32,141 nucleotides of DNA from Catajapyx aquilonaris (taxonomy: Eukaryota). The DNA lies in contig JYFJ02004443.1 in assembly GCA_000934665.2 (NCBI GenBank), forward strand, positions 1-32,141, read 5' to 3'. A program made the position numbers and the translations under genes. Below, in pieces: positions 20,200 through 32,141 of the stretch (within the stretch, counting starts at the first letter, position 1; every line of letters starts with the position of its first letter). The notes under the pieces are model-generated. The model did no database searches. It saw only the letters and a list, made by a program, of their open reading frames with translations, and was not told where the DNA came from.

Positions 20200-22881
20200 C
20201 CAACAGATCATCATAAGAGACATCGCAGAGTCCATAGCTGCTAGAAGAACTCTGTCATCGAACAGCAGATTATATAACATACCAAGATCCAAAGAGGAAG
20301 CCTTCATTAATGACTACAACCCTGCAGTACTGTTGGCCTGGAATGGTAACGTGGACTTGCAGTATGTGGGCGAGAAAAGCTCCGTGCTCAATTATTATAT
20401 TACTAAATATACAACCAAGAGTGAAAAGAGTCATGTGGCTGAAACATACTCCGACATAAACTCTACCAAAACTCTCTGTAGTCGTCTCTACAATGTGGGA
20501 CTGCGTGCATTGAGCCACAGAGAGTGCGGTGCACTAGAGGCCAGTGACACTCTGCTGGGCAATGCTCTTTACGGTACGGACCCTAACACTACTATTCGCT
20601 GGGTAGACGTAAACATGCATCGCAATCGTCGAGTCAAGCCCAGGAATGAGGTCTGTCATTTGGATCCCGAGTCAACCAATATTTTCTATCAGTCGTGGGT
20701 TGATGACCACTACCCTAACAGGCCACCACAGCTGGAACACATGAACTTGCATAATTTCATAAGGTGGTTTGATATAGTGAAGCAGAAACCGGTGGCGTCT
20801 GAAACTGAATTTTACAAAATAAGTGGATCACGCTTCCTGAAGAAAAGACTTCACCCATATTTAATAAACCACTACAGATATGATGTCAATCAGTTCCCAG
20901 AAAAGTATTTCTTTTCCATACTTCTCCTTTTCAAACCTTGGCAACAACAAAGTGAACTTATTGCCAACTTCTCTTCCTATACTGAAGCTTTCAATGCTTC
21001 GAAACATGACCTGGAGGAAGGCTTAAAGTATAGCGACCTTCAGTGTCAGTTTAAGACAAATATTGAAAGTGCTTTCGAAATTATCGAATCTAAGATAGCT
21101 CAGATGGAGGGAGCAGGACATCCCCAACAAGAGGATGGTGAATGTCCTGATAATTAATCCTTTAGAGTTCGGTCCCGTGGAGGCTGCCAATGCCATGGAC
21201 GACCTATACCAAGTCGATCAACTAGGTGATGTCGAGGAAGACGTACAACACATGATAAACAAGTTGAACTGTGATCAGAAGAGAGTATTCGATTGTGTTC
21301 AACATATGACAACAAATAATGACAAAACAGTGATGCGAATGTTTTGCAGCGGAACGGGAGGAACAGGCAAAAGTCATCTGATACATACCATTAGAGCCTG
21401 GGTGAGACAGACGTTGAAGAAGACGGTCGCCATCAGCGCCCCGACTGGCATCGCGGCATTCAATGTTAATGGCCTCACCATTCACCGGCTCCTGCAGTTG
21501 CCCGTAGAACACGGCAAGACCCCAAAGTACAGGCCTTTGTCAGATGAAGTTCTGCAGCTCATGAGAGCTGAGCTAAACAACGTATTACTATTCATCATCG
21601 ACGAGATTTCCATGGTATCCAACTTGACCCTATTGTACAATGTACATACATTTACGTTTGTCAGAGATTTATGGAACCTTAGACGACGAGAACGGCTGGT
21701 TCGGAGGAAAACACATCCTGTTGTTCGGAGACTTACTCCAGCTTCAACCAGTACATGAGGCACCACCTTTTGAGAGTCTTTCCACTAAGAATGCTGAAAA
21801 ATACGTTGGCTCGTTAAGTTCAGTTAATGTATGGAGAGAACTCTTCAGTTTTGATGAACTAACAATAAATATGAGACAGCAAAATAACAATGATTTTGTG
21901 CAATTGCTTAATCGTGTACGCTTGGGAATCATGTCCGACAATGATATCCAGTTACGTACTACAAGACTCGTGAATATCACGTCGACCGATCATACTGGCA
22001 GACTCGATCAACTTACCAGGCAATTATCCAGCCTACCACAAGAAACAATTTGTTTGCTGCCAACCAACCACATGTGCAAAGTCTTAAATAAAGCCATGCT
22101 TAAAGCTATAAACTCTCCTGAGATCATTCTGGAAGCAGAGGACTCGATGGACTGTCACAGATAGGTCCGAACCCGAGTCGATACGCTACTCAAAAAGTAC
22201 GAAGAGGATTGTTCTAATACGGCAGGTTTGGAAAAAACCATAACTATTAAACTAGGCACAAAGATTATGTTGAGAAGAAACATTGATGTTACTCTTGGAT
22301 TGGTTAACGGTGCAGTGGGTTCCGTACTGAGCGTTAAGTACGATCCAGACATTCCAAAAAAAGTAAAATCAATAAAAATTCAATTCTCTTTCGGATTGGA
22401 ACACGATTTACAGCCTGTAAAGAGCAAATTTGAAGTTACAACAAAAGCATTCGTCTATAGAAAGCAGTTCCCAATAACAGTAGCATATGGAATCACAATT
22501 CACATGAGTCAAGGCTTGAGTTTAGACACTGCCCTAATGGACATCGGCTCATCACTTTTCTGTTGCGGCCAGGCCTACGTAGCCTTGTCCCGTGTCAAGA
22601 CAATTGACGGAATCCATTTGATCAACTTTGACCCTACCCAAGTCAAAGCCAACAACAAAGCCATAGAGGAGTACAACAGACTCAGGCATATATTAGACCA
22701 ATCACGAAGTAGCCCTCCTAATGTCACGAACAGAAGGAAGCATCGCAAGATACATGACCGAGTCTGGGCTGGATCCAAATATGTCCACCACGTGCAACAG
22801 GCTGAAACAGATGCCCAACACCAATCCAGACACCTTAAACGGCAAAAGTGCTCGGAACTGCGTAAGAAGCAACGCCAGTAG
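20200..22881 (+). mobile_element. Helitron (Helentron/Helitron2-like) RepHel C-terminal part with PIF1 helicase, disabled
   Basis: NDYNPAVLLAWNGNVDLQY...YITKYTTKSE; Walker A GTGGTGKS; APTGIAAFNV; IIDEISMV; FGDLLQL; LTINMRQ; RKQFPI...TIHMSQGLSL; GQAYVALSRV. Frameshifts near 21150 and 21640, and a TAG at 22162-22164. Confidence 0.92.
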
Positions 22882-23341
22882 TCGGATATCAACTATTTTC
22901 AACAAATCATGTCAACTCTTGTCTACTCCTAAGGTTGGTATCCCACCCTCTCTGTGTCCTATATTATGACAATAATGCCTTCACTTGATCCACAGCCTAT
23001 TGGATACCTGATTGTGTGTGTTGGTGTGTGGGTGTGTGTGTCCTCCGACACATTGAAAATAAAAACATATGAATACCGCACTTATGTAGTTTTTTCTTGT
23101 GTACCAGAGAAAATATCATTCCTTATATACTGCAACTGCACAAAAAGTCTTGAGATCTAACTAAAAACGGATTCGTAAAAAAACCGCCAAGTCCTGAGTC
23201 ACTCCGCCTAAAAAAGTTGTGAGATCATGGGTGGACACCAAGCCTCTTTGTGAGACTATAGATTAAGTCAAGTTACTTGGCGCATGGTTCGAGACTATAG
23301 GCTAAGGTGAGCGACTTGGCTCACGGGGAATTATACCGGTA

Positions 23342-23420
23342 CAAGGTGTTTCACAACTCGTGTCCAAAACTTTGAGGTTGAACTCGTGTGCACCAGTGGA
23401 TCACTTTACATAGAGCAGGT
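23342..23420. mobile_element. Possible solo Tc1/mariner terminus
   Basis: TA|CAAGGTGTTTCACAA resembles CAGGGTGT-type mariner TIRs. No partner end was found. Confidence 0.3.
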
Positions 23421-23916
23421 GAAAGTTTTGTTATCTGCAGCTAATGTTTCTTTTACACACCATGACAGGTACATCTTCACCTACTGCCAGCGAGAGTGGA
23501 GACCTGACCCAGCCCTCCACATCAGACAGTAGCGTGAGGTCAACACCGGCCATCCTGAAGAAGAAAATACTCGGATCATCATATTTCTGAATAACATATG
23601 TCGAATGTGACAAACATATACATAATACATTTTTGAAGTGTTAATTCACCCTTGGATCCTTGCATCTATTAACATATTATTTATTTCAGGGTAACTTGGA
23701 GCTGGTTTTTTGTGCTATCAGCTCTTGTGGTAGCTGGAACAATAATCCAACTCCTATCCAATTCCTCCCAGCATACCGCCAGTGACTGGTGGACAGTGAG
23801 GTAAAATGTCTATGATCCACTGCAAATCTAATGGAATTATCAGACATCGACATTAACTGCTTCGTTACATACACATTGCATTCATCTATATACACACCAT
23901 GGACACGAACATTTGA

Positions 23917-23951
23917 ATTAGTAGCATGTAAAAATTTTACATGCTACTAAT
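23917..23951. repeat. Perfect 17-bp-arm palindrome with a 1-nt centre
   Basis: ATTAGTAGCATGTAAAA-A-TTTTACATGCTACTAAT. Confidence 0.95.
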
Positions 23952-24379
23952 GTAACGAAGCAGTGTGACATTGTTTAGTACAAGCAACAGAAATTAGCTG
24001 GCGCTCCGTATATGGAAATTCCTTGGCGAGGTCCAGGGTAGTATTGAAACTGAGCTCACCAATCGATGGCAGAGCAGTAAATGAAAATCACAAATTGTTA
24101 GTTTTATGCGAAAATTACGCGGGCAACCTTATGGTGCAGTTGGTATAGGAAGATGGCCCGAATGAAGGTTCATTATTACGTATCAGGACCCATATTAACC
24201 CCACATTACATATAGTGGGCAAGAGTATTTTCACTGTGCGCTTCTTCATTAGCAACATGCTATTGTTCCATGAAAATACTGCAATAGTTTTCCAGATTTT
24301 ACTGAAAGTTCGTGTTGGTCATGAGGTGTTGGAAATATTTCAATTTCCTTAACATTAATGACTACGCTCAACAATTATT

Positions 24380-24600
24380 CTTCCCTTTCATGCTACGAGT
24401 ATTACCAGCTGTGACACAACGACCAACTTCAAGGCAAAGGGTAAGCGCACTGGTTGGACTGCCTTCCATCCCTCAATACTGCACTAGCCTGTCTGTTGTG
24501 GATTCCTTCTCTGCAGCAGGGATCTGATGGGATGCCTGCTGTTGAGGAATTCAGTGTTATGCTGTACGACCGATGCAGTGAGGAACGCCTAGTCACCCAT
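24380..24600 (+). mobile_element. Academ-like transposase relic (XPG/H3TH-like domain)
   Basis: LPFHATSITSCDTTTNFKAKGKRTGW (compare FHAxTGCDTTSxFxGKGK..W), then after a frameshift MPAVEEFSVMLYDRCS. Confidence 0.6.
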
Positions 24601-27600
24601 AACCCATAAAACAACCACTACAAGATGCCTACTCAATGATATTCTTGCAGATTGAATAAATTAACACAACAATGTTATAATATCAATCATTTTGGAAATG
24701 TGCTTGCCTATTGCGTTCAACACTGTTAAGGCCCCATCTTTGGGGATTATGTTCGTTTTGGCGCATGTTTTTTTTCCCCCGTAGTTATCGCGCTGACGCA
24801 ATGTAATCGGAACAATGGCGACTCAAGACTATAGATGATGACAGTAATAATGAATAACTTGTCTAATATGTCATTTTTCATCACGTCGTGCTATTAGAAA
24901 AAGGTATTAATCGCAGATCAACACATTACATGTGCAAATGTTGTAAATAAAGGCAATTAAAATTACTTCCATTTTCATGGAAATGTTAATAGTATATATG
25001 GCATTATTCTTATTTAACCAATCCAGAGTTCCTCCACAGTCTGCCGTTTCTCTGTAAAGTGCTGAAAGAGACGTGCCATTGGAACTCCAAAAGCGTCACG
25101 TAACGCTTAGTAGATCCCCAAATTCCCATTCACGTGTAACGGCAAGTGGAAGTAATCACTGACAAGCTACAAATGTATCGAGATGCAACTGCTAGTTTCA
25201 CGTGTCTTTCAGTTGAAATTTAAAGGTTCATGCAATAACCAAAGGGAAGCCGTTTTTTATTACACTGGAGAGCGTTGATAGCGTGATCAGTGCGGAAATT
25301 CATGATCAGAAATGCAACTCCCTGCAGCTTCTGTCAAGGACCAATATTGCTTATTATTGTAAGAGAATACCAACCAAAAGCATCATCACGTGAGGCGGGA
25401 AAGGCATGGGCGCCACTGGGCCAACATGGAATTTAATTTCAACTTGTGTGAATTGCTGGGATAACTTCTTCAGGGAAGTTGTATTCCTATACACTCGGAT
25501 TTTTTTTTTCTTTGGCAACCTCGCAAAATATTGGTTCCAGAAAAAATGGAGAAGCCGTAAATTGAATACGACTCTTGACTTTTGCATGACAGCTAGTATA
25601 TTGTACAATGCATCTACCATAACTCCAAGGAAGAATTTGAAGATGCTCATTTCCCACCAATCCATTCACAAGTAAAACTAGACAATCCCAGACTTAAAAA
25701 CTAGAGATAAAAATTCATGTACTTGACTGACAGCATCAGATACTTGCTTGCAGGACTCTCAAAGATTTGCCTGTTAGAGTTTCCATATCTATCAGAACTA
25801 AACAGTTTCATGAGCATACCTAAACTGCTAGTGTAATGGCATAATATGTTAACATTGTACATAATAACTCTTTGGTAACCATTACTTTTAATATTTACCC
25901 ATTTAATATTTACCCCAAATTAATTTCTGCATCATATCTCCAACAATCCATGCTTCACACTGCCTTCTGCTGTGTTTTAGAAAAGTGAGCTCTAGCGAAC
26001 CAGTTTGCCAAAAGGGAAGTTTTGACTGGCGGAGAGACAACAAATGACAACACAGGCTACTGTGCAGAATTGTGGTCGAATTACCAGGCGTTTGATGCAA
26101 ATAAATTGCAGAAAGTATTTTCCTGGCAATCTAAAACGCTGGACCAAGTTGGTGGCTTATTATGACCCTCGAAATGGGTTTATTTATGCAAAGTGACATG
26201 CAAACTGGCGCTGCTAGGGTAGGCTGCGTTTATCCGAGACAATTTGGGGCCGTCCTGAGGGGCGCATTCTGGCAGAGAAATATGAGGTTATTACCCATGT
26301 GACAGAGAAGCACGACAGTGCAGTGAATGGATGATGATATGGGCCGACCAAATTGTTGATGAAAGAGGATCCCATTCTATTGGGTACCTGAGTCAATAAT
26401 TACGAGCCCAATATGTTTCATATCTTAAGGGAACCAACCACTTTGAGCCAATTCTCAAGATACAGGAGGTAGCATACACAAGTACTTCAACCTGGATGTC
26501 CTGATGCTCGTAGTTATAATAATATCGAAGTCGAAGTATTATGTAATTTCGTTAAATATTCATTAGTAAATAAAAATCACGTCACGTGACATGTTCAACG
26601 ACTTTTTCCCGGTGTATAATGGAGATTTTAACTACGAGGAATAATTCCTGACACCCAAAAGGAATATGGTAAAGCCCTTCCAGCTCCCCTCACTGCATCC
26701 CATTAACACTCCTTCGATCTCGATTACCCAAAGATGGGTACTCAATCTACTCAAGGCCTACTAGGAAGAGGAGAGGACCTCTGTTCCTCCTATGCTTGTC
26801 AAAAACTCCAGGACAGGTGTAACAGATGGTGTGTGACACACAAAATCATTTTAATCAGCGTCATCTGAAGAGTCAGACCGGAATATAGTGTGGCCCAGTA
26901 CCGATGTACGAACAGTGTCGTGTGCCGTTCGTTCAATGAACATAGCTTGTGTCTAGGTAGTTTTGTTGGACTTCAATGACAAGGAAACTCGTCCTTGAAC
27001 TCCTCCCCAGAAAAAGTCAGTTGAAGGTGATAGGTAGAGAGTATGGAAAATCCAACGGCAAACTAGAGGTGGTTCATAATGTGCATAATATTACCTTGAA
27101 AAAGTCATTCAGGTCTTGGGGGATACCGGGTAAAAACATAGTGAAAGACGCCATTGTGCCACCTCGATGAATGCCCGTCTTGCCCCAGAGCTGACCATCT
27201 ACACCTACAGCAGGACCTGTTGGGCATGCTGAGTGCAAAGGACATCGGCACCGTGGAGTACCATGTGTGGACAGAAACCAACAGGGCTGCAATGAAGAAG
27301 ATGGTTTCCTCCAGTGATGACATATGCAGAGGGAAAGGCCCACAATAAACATGTCGCAGGACTCTCCAAGCAGCAGACCTTATTGGCTGTGTTGTCTGCC
27401 AGTGGACGGTCAGTCCTAGAAAAGGAGATCAGAATGGGCGAAATCAGGCTAGATGGGTTTCATGTCGAGCATAACCTGCCTATGAATGTCATGAGCCACT
27501 GCCCTGTCATACAACACAACAGCAATTATTAGGATGTGTTTGCACTACTGTTTACCTGTGTGCAGTACTGCCTCATGCATCACGACTATCACAGTACAAA

Positions 27601-27849
27601 TACAAAAGGCAAACTCACTTATAAAAGATCTGTGGTCATTGAGTGCAAAATGATCCTATAGCATGATGCTCAAATAATAATAATAATAATATGACTATCA
27701 TTAGTCGAGTCAGTTTAGGGGTGTGGTAGAAAAACGTGACAACCCACATTTGAACTTGAACACCTAGCAATAATTATTATCAAACGTAGACCGGTCTGGG
27801 ACGATAAAAAGGTTGGGGACCACTGGTGTAGATGACGAGGAAATGCGCG

Positions 27850-27970
27850 ACATTGATTATGATTTAAATGAGATCTACCAATGTATTACCAGGCTTCCAT
27901 GCATTGCGCATACCCTGCAGCTGGCCATCACGCTAGTCAGCACGATTGTGGGGTTTTTTCGCCGATCTGT
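27850..27970 (+). mobile_element. hAT transposase relic
   Basis: RLPCIAHTLQLAI...IVGFFRRS (CxxH motif). Confidence 0.6.
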
Positions 27971-28039
27971 TCTATTTGGCGAGACACACTGTCAACAGAC
28001 GACATTGTCATGTTCGTATTCCAGGAAGGAATGAGGAAG

Positions 28040-28130
28040 CATCAACACTGAGCTACAACTTCCATCCCAAGGGACAGCCTGCCTCATGGGATGCAATTAT
28101 CGACTTCTGTGAGATTGAGGCTCTCTATAT
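28040..28130 (+). mobile_element. Possible P-element/THAP9 transposase relic
   Basis: LSYNFHPKGQPASWDAIIDF resembles the L.Y.F...G..ASW..I..F segment of P-element transposases. Confidence 0.3.
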
Positions 28131-31100
28131 CAAATAAACAATTTTCAGTTCTTCAGAGAGCTTCCGAACAAATGTTGGGCCAACATGTATGCCTAAATTG
28201 AAGAAGAGTCCAGCAACAACCACAAGAGACCTCGAGGCGAGACTTGCACACATTTCAGTGACTGTCTTACACCTGGAAGGTAATGTGCTAGAAGTAGGTC
28301 AAATGGTTACCCTTCCAAAACAGACATTTACATATGAGGTGACAAAAATTGTCAGAAATAGACTAGTTCCTCCCAAGTTGGATTACATTAGAGTAGGAAA
28401 AATCAGTCAACTAACACATACATCGCCTGATATTGGTGCACACTTTCCTAATGCTCAAATATGCTAAATCCAAAGTCACCTTAAACTTATTTTCCGACTG
28501 GTCCTCGTAGTACTGTCAAATTTTTGGAACGTATCACATTCAATTACATGATAGTCTTGTTTTATGACTTCACTTAATGCCACTGTGTTGCTGGAAAGTA
28601 GAACCTAACAGTCATAAAACAACGGCGACTTCCTTGCTAAAAGAGACCAGTAATGTATTAGTAGAAAATTGAATGACTATTCAAACTCATTCGTTTTTGG
28701 ACTGAAATTATTATAAATTTGTCGGCCCATCACGGTGCCAATCATCAGCGACGGACATGGTTGGTCGGCCAAGTGGATGTTGCTATTATATATGTGTAGA
28801 GAGAGAGCAGTGTCGTTGAGGCCAGCCAGCAACAGATGACAGGCTGCATGGTGAGTATACAGAGTACACATGGGTATGAATGATATCTGCAGGTATGCCT
28901 GGCAACATGGATGAGCCATCCTTCTATGTTTACCCATCAAGATGGATGATAGCAGAGACTTTGATTGATAATAATCAGGAAGCCTGGATGTTTTTATCAT
29001 ATCACGACACTTCGGTTGCCAGTTTATCCTCTCTCATACTTTGCATGTGTGTCGTCACACCTATTTCGGTTTTGTTTGTAAACATTTTGTAACTTATTAA
29101 AGTACCGGTAACTATATTTATTAGCCAACGTGTGGCTTATTTAAGGTGACAGCACTGTCCCTGCTTTCAGAGGGATCCCCTGGAAGGAGTTATGCACGAC
29201 ACAAACTCAAATATAAGGTACTTTCTGCATGTGCAAACTTCTGTGGGGATATATATGGACGTGCCACAATGGGAAATATGCATCAAGATTAATATATTAT
29301 GAACGCAGTGGAAACCAGTTACAGAAACTTTGCGTCCATTACAAGAACCTTGACACTCCTGCGACATAACCCAATGAAGCAAATATGCCCCTGAGAAAGA
29401 AAATATACGACTGATACATAAAACCATGGTATAAGGATAGGACTACAGTCCCCATACAGGAAATACAATGTGCCAGTGTTTGCTGAAGTGACGGCCGCCT
29501 ACGTCATCACTCAATGTCCCACAAGTTTACAAGTCACACGGCACCCATGACATATACACGAAACCTTTGCAAGGATGCCTTTTATGTGATTGACGAAACA
29601 TGCCAAAATCTAGTCAGAATAATTATGTCTCATTCTCCTAATAAACTGGAGCAGTTACATTGGCTCCTCTTCTCTGGGATCCAATATAGTCGGTACAACT
29701 GCCGTAAACCATAATGTTGTGAAGTTTTCAAAGCAAAATTATTTCCATAAAATAAGTAACATTTAAATAATTGGGAATGTTTTTTAAATGAACAGTATGT
29801 CACAATACAATCTATACAGAGTGACACACTTTCTATACAATGGAATGATTGACGACAATTACACAATGGGCCTAATCATTATGCAAACTAAGCCGTACTG
29901 ATCCATACTAAACAAGCAATGGCAAAATAATCAGTCTGTCTGAGGGATGAGTGCTTGATGACCTACTGACACACAACACAAAGCTCATGCCTACTTGCTT
30001 AAAATGGTATATCCTCTTTGCATTTAGGTATTGTTTCATATCCTCATCATGATATTAGACAGTACATATTGTCTGGGACTGCTCTAGACATGAAAGAGTG
30101 TGCCCTATCAGTGCTCTTAATCTGATAAGGTCTTCTGATAAGGAGTGAATGAGGGCTTCCTTACTAGGAGTAACTTGACACATTACAACCACTTATAACA
30201 ATAATTGCAGATAAATATGTTAACGTGCCTATGTCAATATTGATAGGCAAGTATTTAAAAAACTTGGAAGCTAAGACAGCATATCGAAACAAGCCCATCG
30301 AGAACATAAGGAATTAATAAACAACAATTGTCCGATTATTTTGGGTTTTATAATCTTGATTTTTTATGTCTGATTAGCAAATACTTGCAAATTGATGCAA
30401 AAAATTGAGTTGCAGTTAGGGCAACACTGATTCCATCAGAGTAATACGAAATGCGACAAAGTAGCTCCTTCTGATTCTCCAACCCATGGATGTCAACCTG
30501 ATAGCATACAAACAGGGCCCCTGATTGGACGAATGAATTCATCTGGTGTACGTACACACTGACATGCATGTTTAATTAGAAGAAGACAACATTAGAAACA
30601 GAATAATCTTGAGCCTGAAAACCTGACACCTTGAACCTCATACCTAATACGAAGTTCCATTGCAGACACACTTCAGAGAGCGCGATGCAGCCAACTGAGC
30701 CAAGATATTCCAAGGTAAACACTCTCTGTAACAAAGGAACTCCTCCTACCTCTACAACGACTAATAGTCGCTGAGTACCTTGATACGTTATTGGTACATG
30801 AAATAACCTGGAGGCTTCAGCCACACCCTCTCCCCCTTAAATCAGCACAATTCTCATTGACATAATGTGACAAATTATTGAAGCCGTTCTCCATTATACT
30901 CCTGCCTCAGAAATACCAACATGCCGTCAAACAGCTGAATACTAAACACAGCCATGAGTTTATGCATACAACATGCTAGTAAACCTATGCAAATTAGTTA
31001 TGCATTTTTTTCTGATGTATCCTGTGTTGTAATTTTTTTTGAGAAAGATTAATATATGGTACCTCACGTAACTTAAGTAAAACCTGAGCGAAGGAAGTGT

Positions 31101-31980
31101 CCCCTCCTAGGACGAACACCACAACAAATTTCAGGGCTCCAACATAAACGAATGACTGCATCTGGACTGCAATGACGACGGCAGACAGACGACAGGTAAT
31201 AAGATGCGACGCGGTACACAATCACCTTCCTAGGACAGACAGAGACATGTGCAACTTGCGATGGAAGCAGGGGACATACAAAATAACTATGAAGGTCGAA
31301 TACACCACACCACACGACCTGTGGTGGGCACTAAAGAGTGACCACTCGTCAAGAAATATATTGGCACAAAGCTCTGTGGAACAACACTCCAAAATCGTGC
31401 CGGATATGACATACTTATAACCACGATGCAAACTTGGTGCGTCCACGAGGAAGCAGGCAGCGGGCACGCCCCGGAGAGGGCCGGGGTGCGGCCCAGGGGC
31501 GGACGGAGAGCAACACGGGTCTGGCTCGGCCAAGAAGAAGAAAGGAACGCAGGGAAGGGGGCAGGGTTGGAACTACGATAGCATCACCTGGATATACACT
31601 GGCGGTGACGTCATCATGTTATTTCCAGGCCTATCTGCGGCGTGCTTCTGAGGTTGGATCTAAACGTTATTTTCTGGTAGCGGTTCCGCCACCTAAACTA
31701 CATGCCAACAGCTTGTGATCACAGCGACATCCAGTAGCCGTTATTCCCAACAGGCGATGCGACTTTTGACGTCACTCGTTGCTCTCTTTGTCTTCACGGG
31801 AGTCGGTTGGGTTCTGACCGCTGTCCGCCTGCCCCGGGGTCTGCCCCGCCTCAGACGAGCCAGGTCATCCGTCCCTACCTAGCTGGCGCCAGAAGAGGGG
31901 CGGAAGACGTGTCCTTTTGACGGCTGTTGGGACAGTGTGTTCCACCAAGAGCTAGTTCCACACACTTTTTTGCCATATAT

Positions 31981-32141
31981 AGTTTAGTTTAGTTTAGTTT
32001 ATTTGTGTACCCAGCTAGGCAGATGCCCATACATGGGGGGGCTCCCCCAGATCTTCATTTTACAAAAAAATATTCACTACAGCTTAACCTTGGGTCCCTT
32101 TATGTACAGCTTAAAAATGCAAAGTACATGGTAGCTGCAGG
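31981..32141 (-). mobile_element. 3' end of a LINE with a (TAAAC)n tail, continuing beyond the window
   Basis: The minus strand reads CCCCCCCATGTATGGGCATCTGCCTAGCTGGGTACACAAATAAAC followed by (TAAAC) repeats: a stem-loop, AATAAA and a simple-repeat tail. Confidence 0.55.

Noticed and set aside
28189..28290. KSPATTTRDLEARL as a Tc1 HTH
   Set aside because: Short and weak similarity, with no DDE or TIR nearby.
31130..31420. C...HNHLP as a FLYWCH domain
   Set aside because: Only the last motif residues are present; too little support.
31884..31902. TGGCGCCAGAAGAGGGGC as an LTR primer-binding site
   Set aside because: No preceding CA-terminated LTR, no second LTR and no gag ORF.

Overview
This is eukaryotic genomic DNA, probably arthropod judging from the SINE and transposon types. 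Most of the window is a dense patchwork of transposable-element fragments from many superfamilies: Kolobok with YqaJ, a MADF accessory gene, hATm-like, pogo, hAT Ac-like, Sola1-like, piggyBac, Transib, hAT Buster/Charlie, non-LTR ORF1/RT/RNase H, a tRNA-SINE, Helitron, Academ-like and several older relics. Two elements are structurally complete: a hATm-like deletion derivative (2464-4407, about 297-bp TIRs, 8-bp TSD ATATACAT) and a TA-flanked pogo-type MITE (9841-10753). One spliced, non-TE host gene that the ORF track breaks into pieces can be assembled on the + strand (14556-16004). It resembles PPP1R36 and may have damaged extra 3' exons. Many TE fragments join coding-to-coding with no TIR or TSD between them. 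Their orientation is strongly polarised, almost all minus left of about 20.2 kb and mostly plus to the right, which suggests a piRNA-cluster-like locus. Family calls come from manual motif recognition only; no database searches were run.
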